A DNA stretch of 63,647 nucleotides, counting the filler, from Guillardia theta CCMP2712 (lineage: Eukaryota > Protista > Cryptophyta): assembly GCF_000315625.1 (NCBI RefSeq). It is 5 parts of 5 records of this genome, joined end to end, with 100 filler letters (N's around TTAATTAATTAA, not from the genome) between each part and the next. Parts side by side here need not be neighbours in the genome. Positions count along the whole stretch, not along the records: positions 61,791 to 63,647 come from NW_005434539.1; 4 more parts are not named here. The stretch is one strand, 5' to 3'. Positions within the stretch are counted from its first letter, which is position 1. The number at the start of each line of letters is the position of its first letter. This document shows positions 63,251 to 63,647 of this stretch, piece by piece. The notes below the pieces were generated by a model that did not search any database, was not told the DNA's origin, and worked only from the letters and a program-made list of their open reading frames with translations. The translations under genes were made by a program, and so were the position numbers.

Positions 63251-63647
63251 GAGAACAGCAGCAGTGATGAATGATGAATGAAGTGTAGTTGACATGAGCA
63301 TGCAGTTGTTTTCATTCATGTTACACGAGCTAGAAATGTTCTATCACCAAAATGTCTCTGAACTCGGTTACAGATGATTTCTTGTCACTCGATGCCGGAG
63401 AAACAATCAATGAAAGTTCGTGAGATCGATAGAGAACTCGTCATCCTCGTCTCGATGCACCCCTACAAGATATATCAATCTCCTCCTCCACCTCCTCCTC
63501 CTCCTCCTCCTCCTCCTCCTCCTCCTCCTCCTCCTCTTCCTTCCCCTCCTCCTCCTCACCGTAAGGATCATATCTGATCGTCCCGTACGCTAACCAGTGC
63601 AACGTGTGAACATCCTGCAAAGAAAAGTCAGAGCGAGAGCGGAGGAT

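Overview
Eukaryotic nuclear scaffold, probably a chromosome end of a flagellated alga with a complex plastid. The (TTTAGGG)n tracts, many ~50-bp GT-AG introns, signal peptide+LRLRGG proteins, single-domain voltage-gated channel and CEHG-repeat family suggest a cryptophyte such as Guillardia (inference). 1-6978 is the most unusual part: six short telomeric tracts alternate with copies or fragments of a minus-strand element family that has a 5' minisatellite, one ~650-700 aa ORF1-like ORF without RT or endonuclease, a 3' UTR, AATAAA and a (TAA)n/(CTA)n tail. This looks like a telomere-targeted, ORF1-only non-LTR element. 7-28 kb holds compact intron-rich genes: STE20-like kinase, D-aminoacyl-tRNA deacylase, a PH-domain single-domain cation channel, a motor-less dynein heavy chain fragment, DnaJ, a Band-7 protein and hypotheticals. 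28-39 kb is three tandem intronless RBR E3 ligase copies. 39-47.4 kb is a tandem array of ~1.9-2.2 kb units encoding 18-aa CEHG Cys/His-repeat proteins. 47.5-63.6 kb contains a RING protein, a TrhO/YceA rhodanese, an HTH+AT-hook protein, a partial Ty3/Gypsy element, a dispersed CEHG gene and a partial TGT. Several N gaps are present; coordinates of spliced genes are approximate spans.
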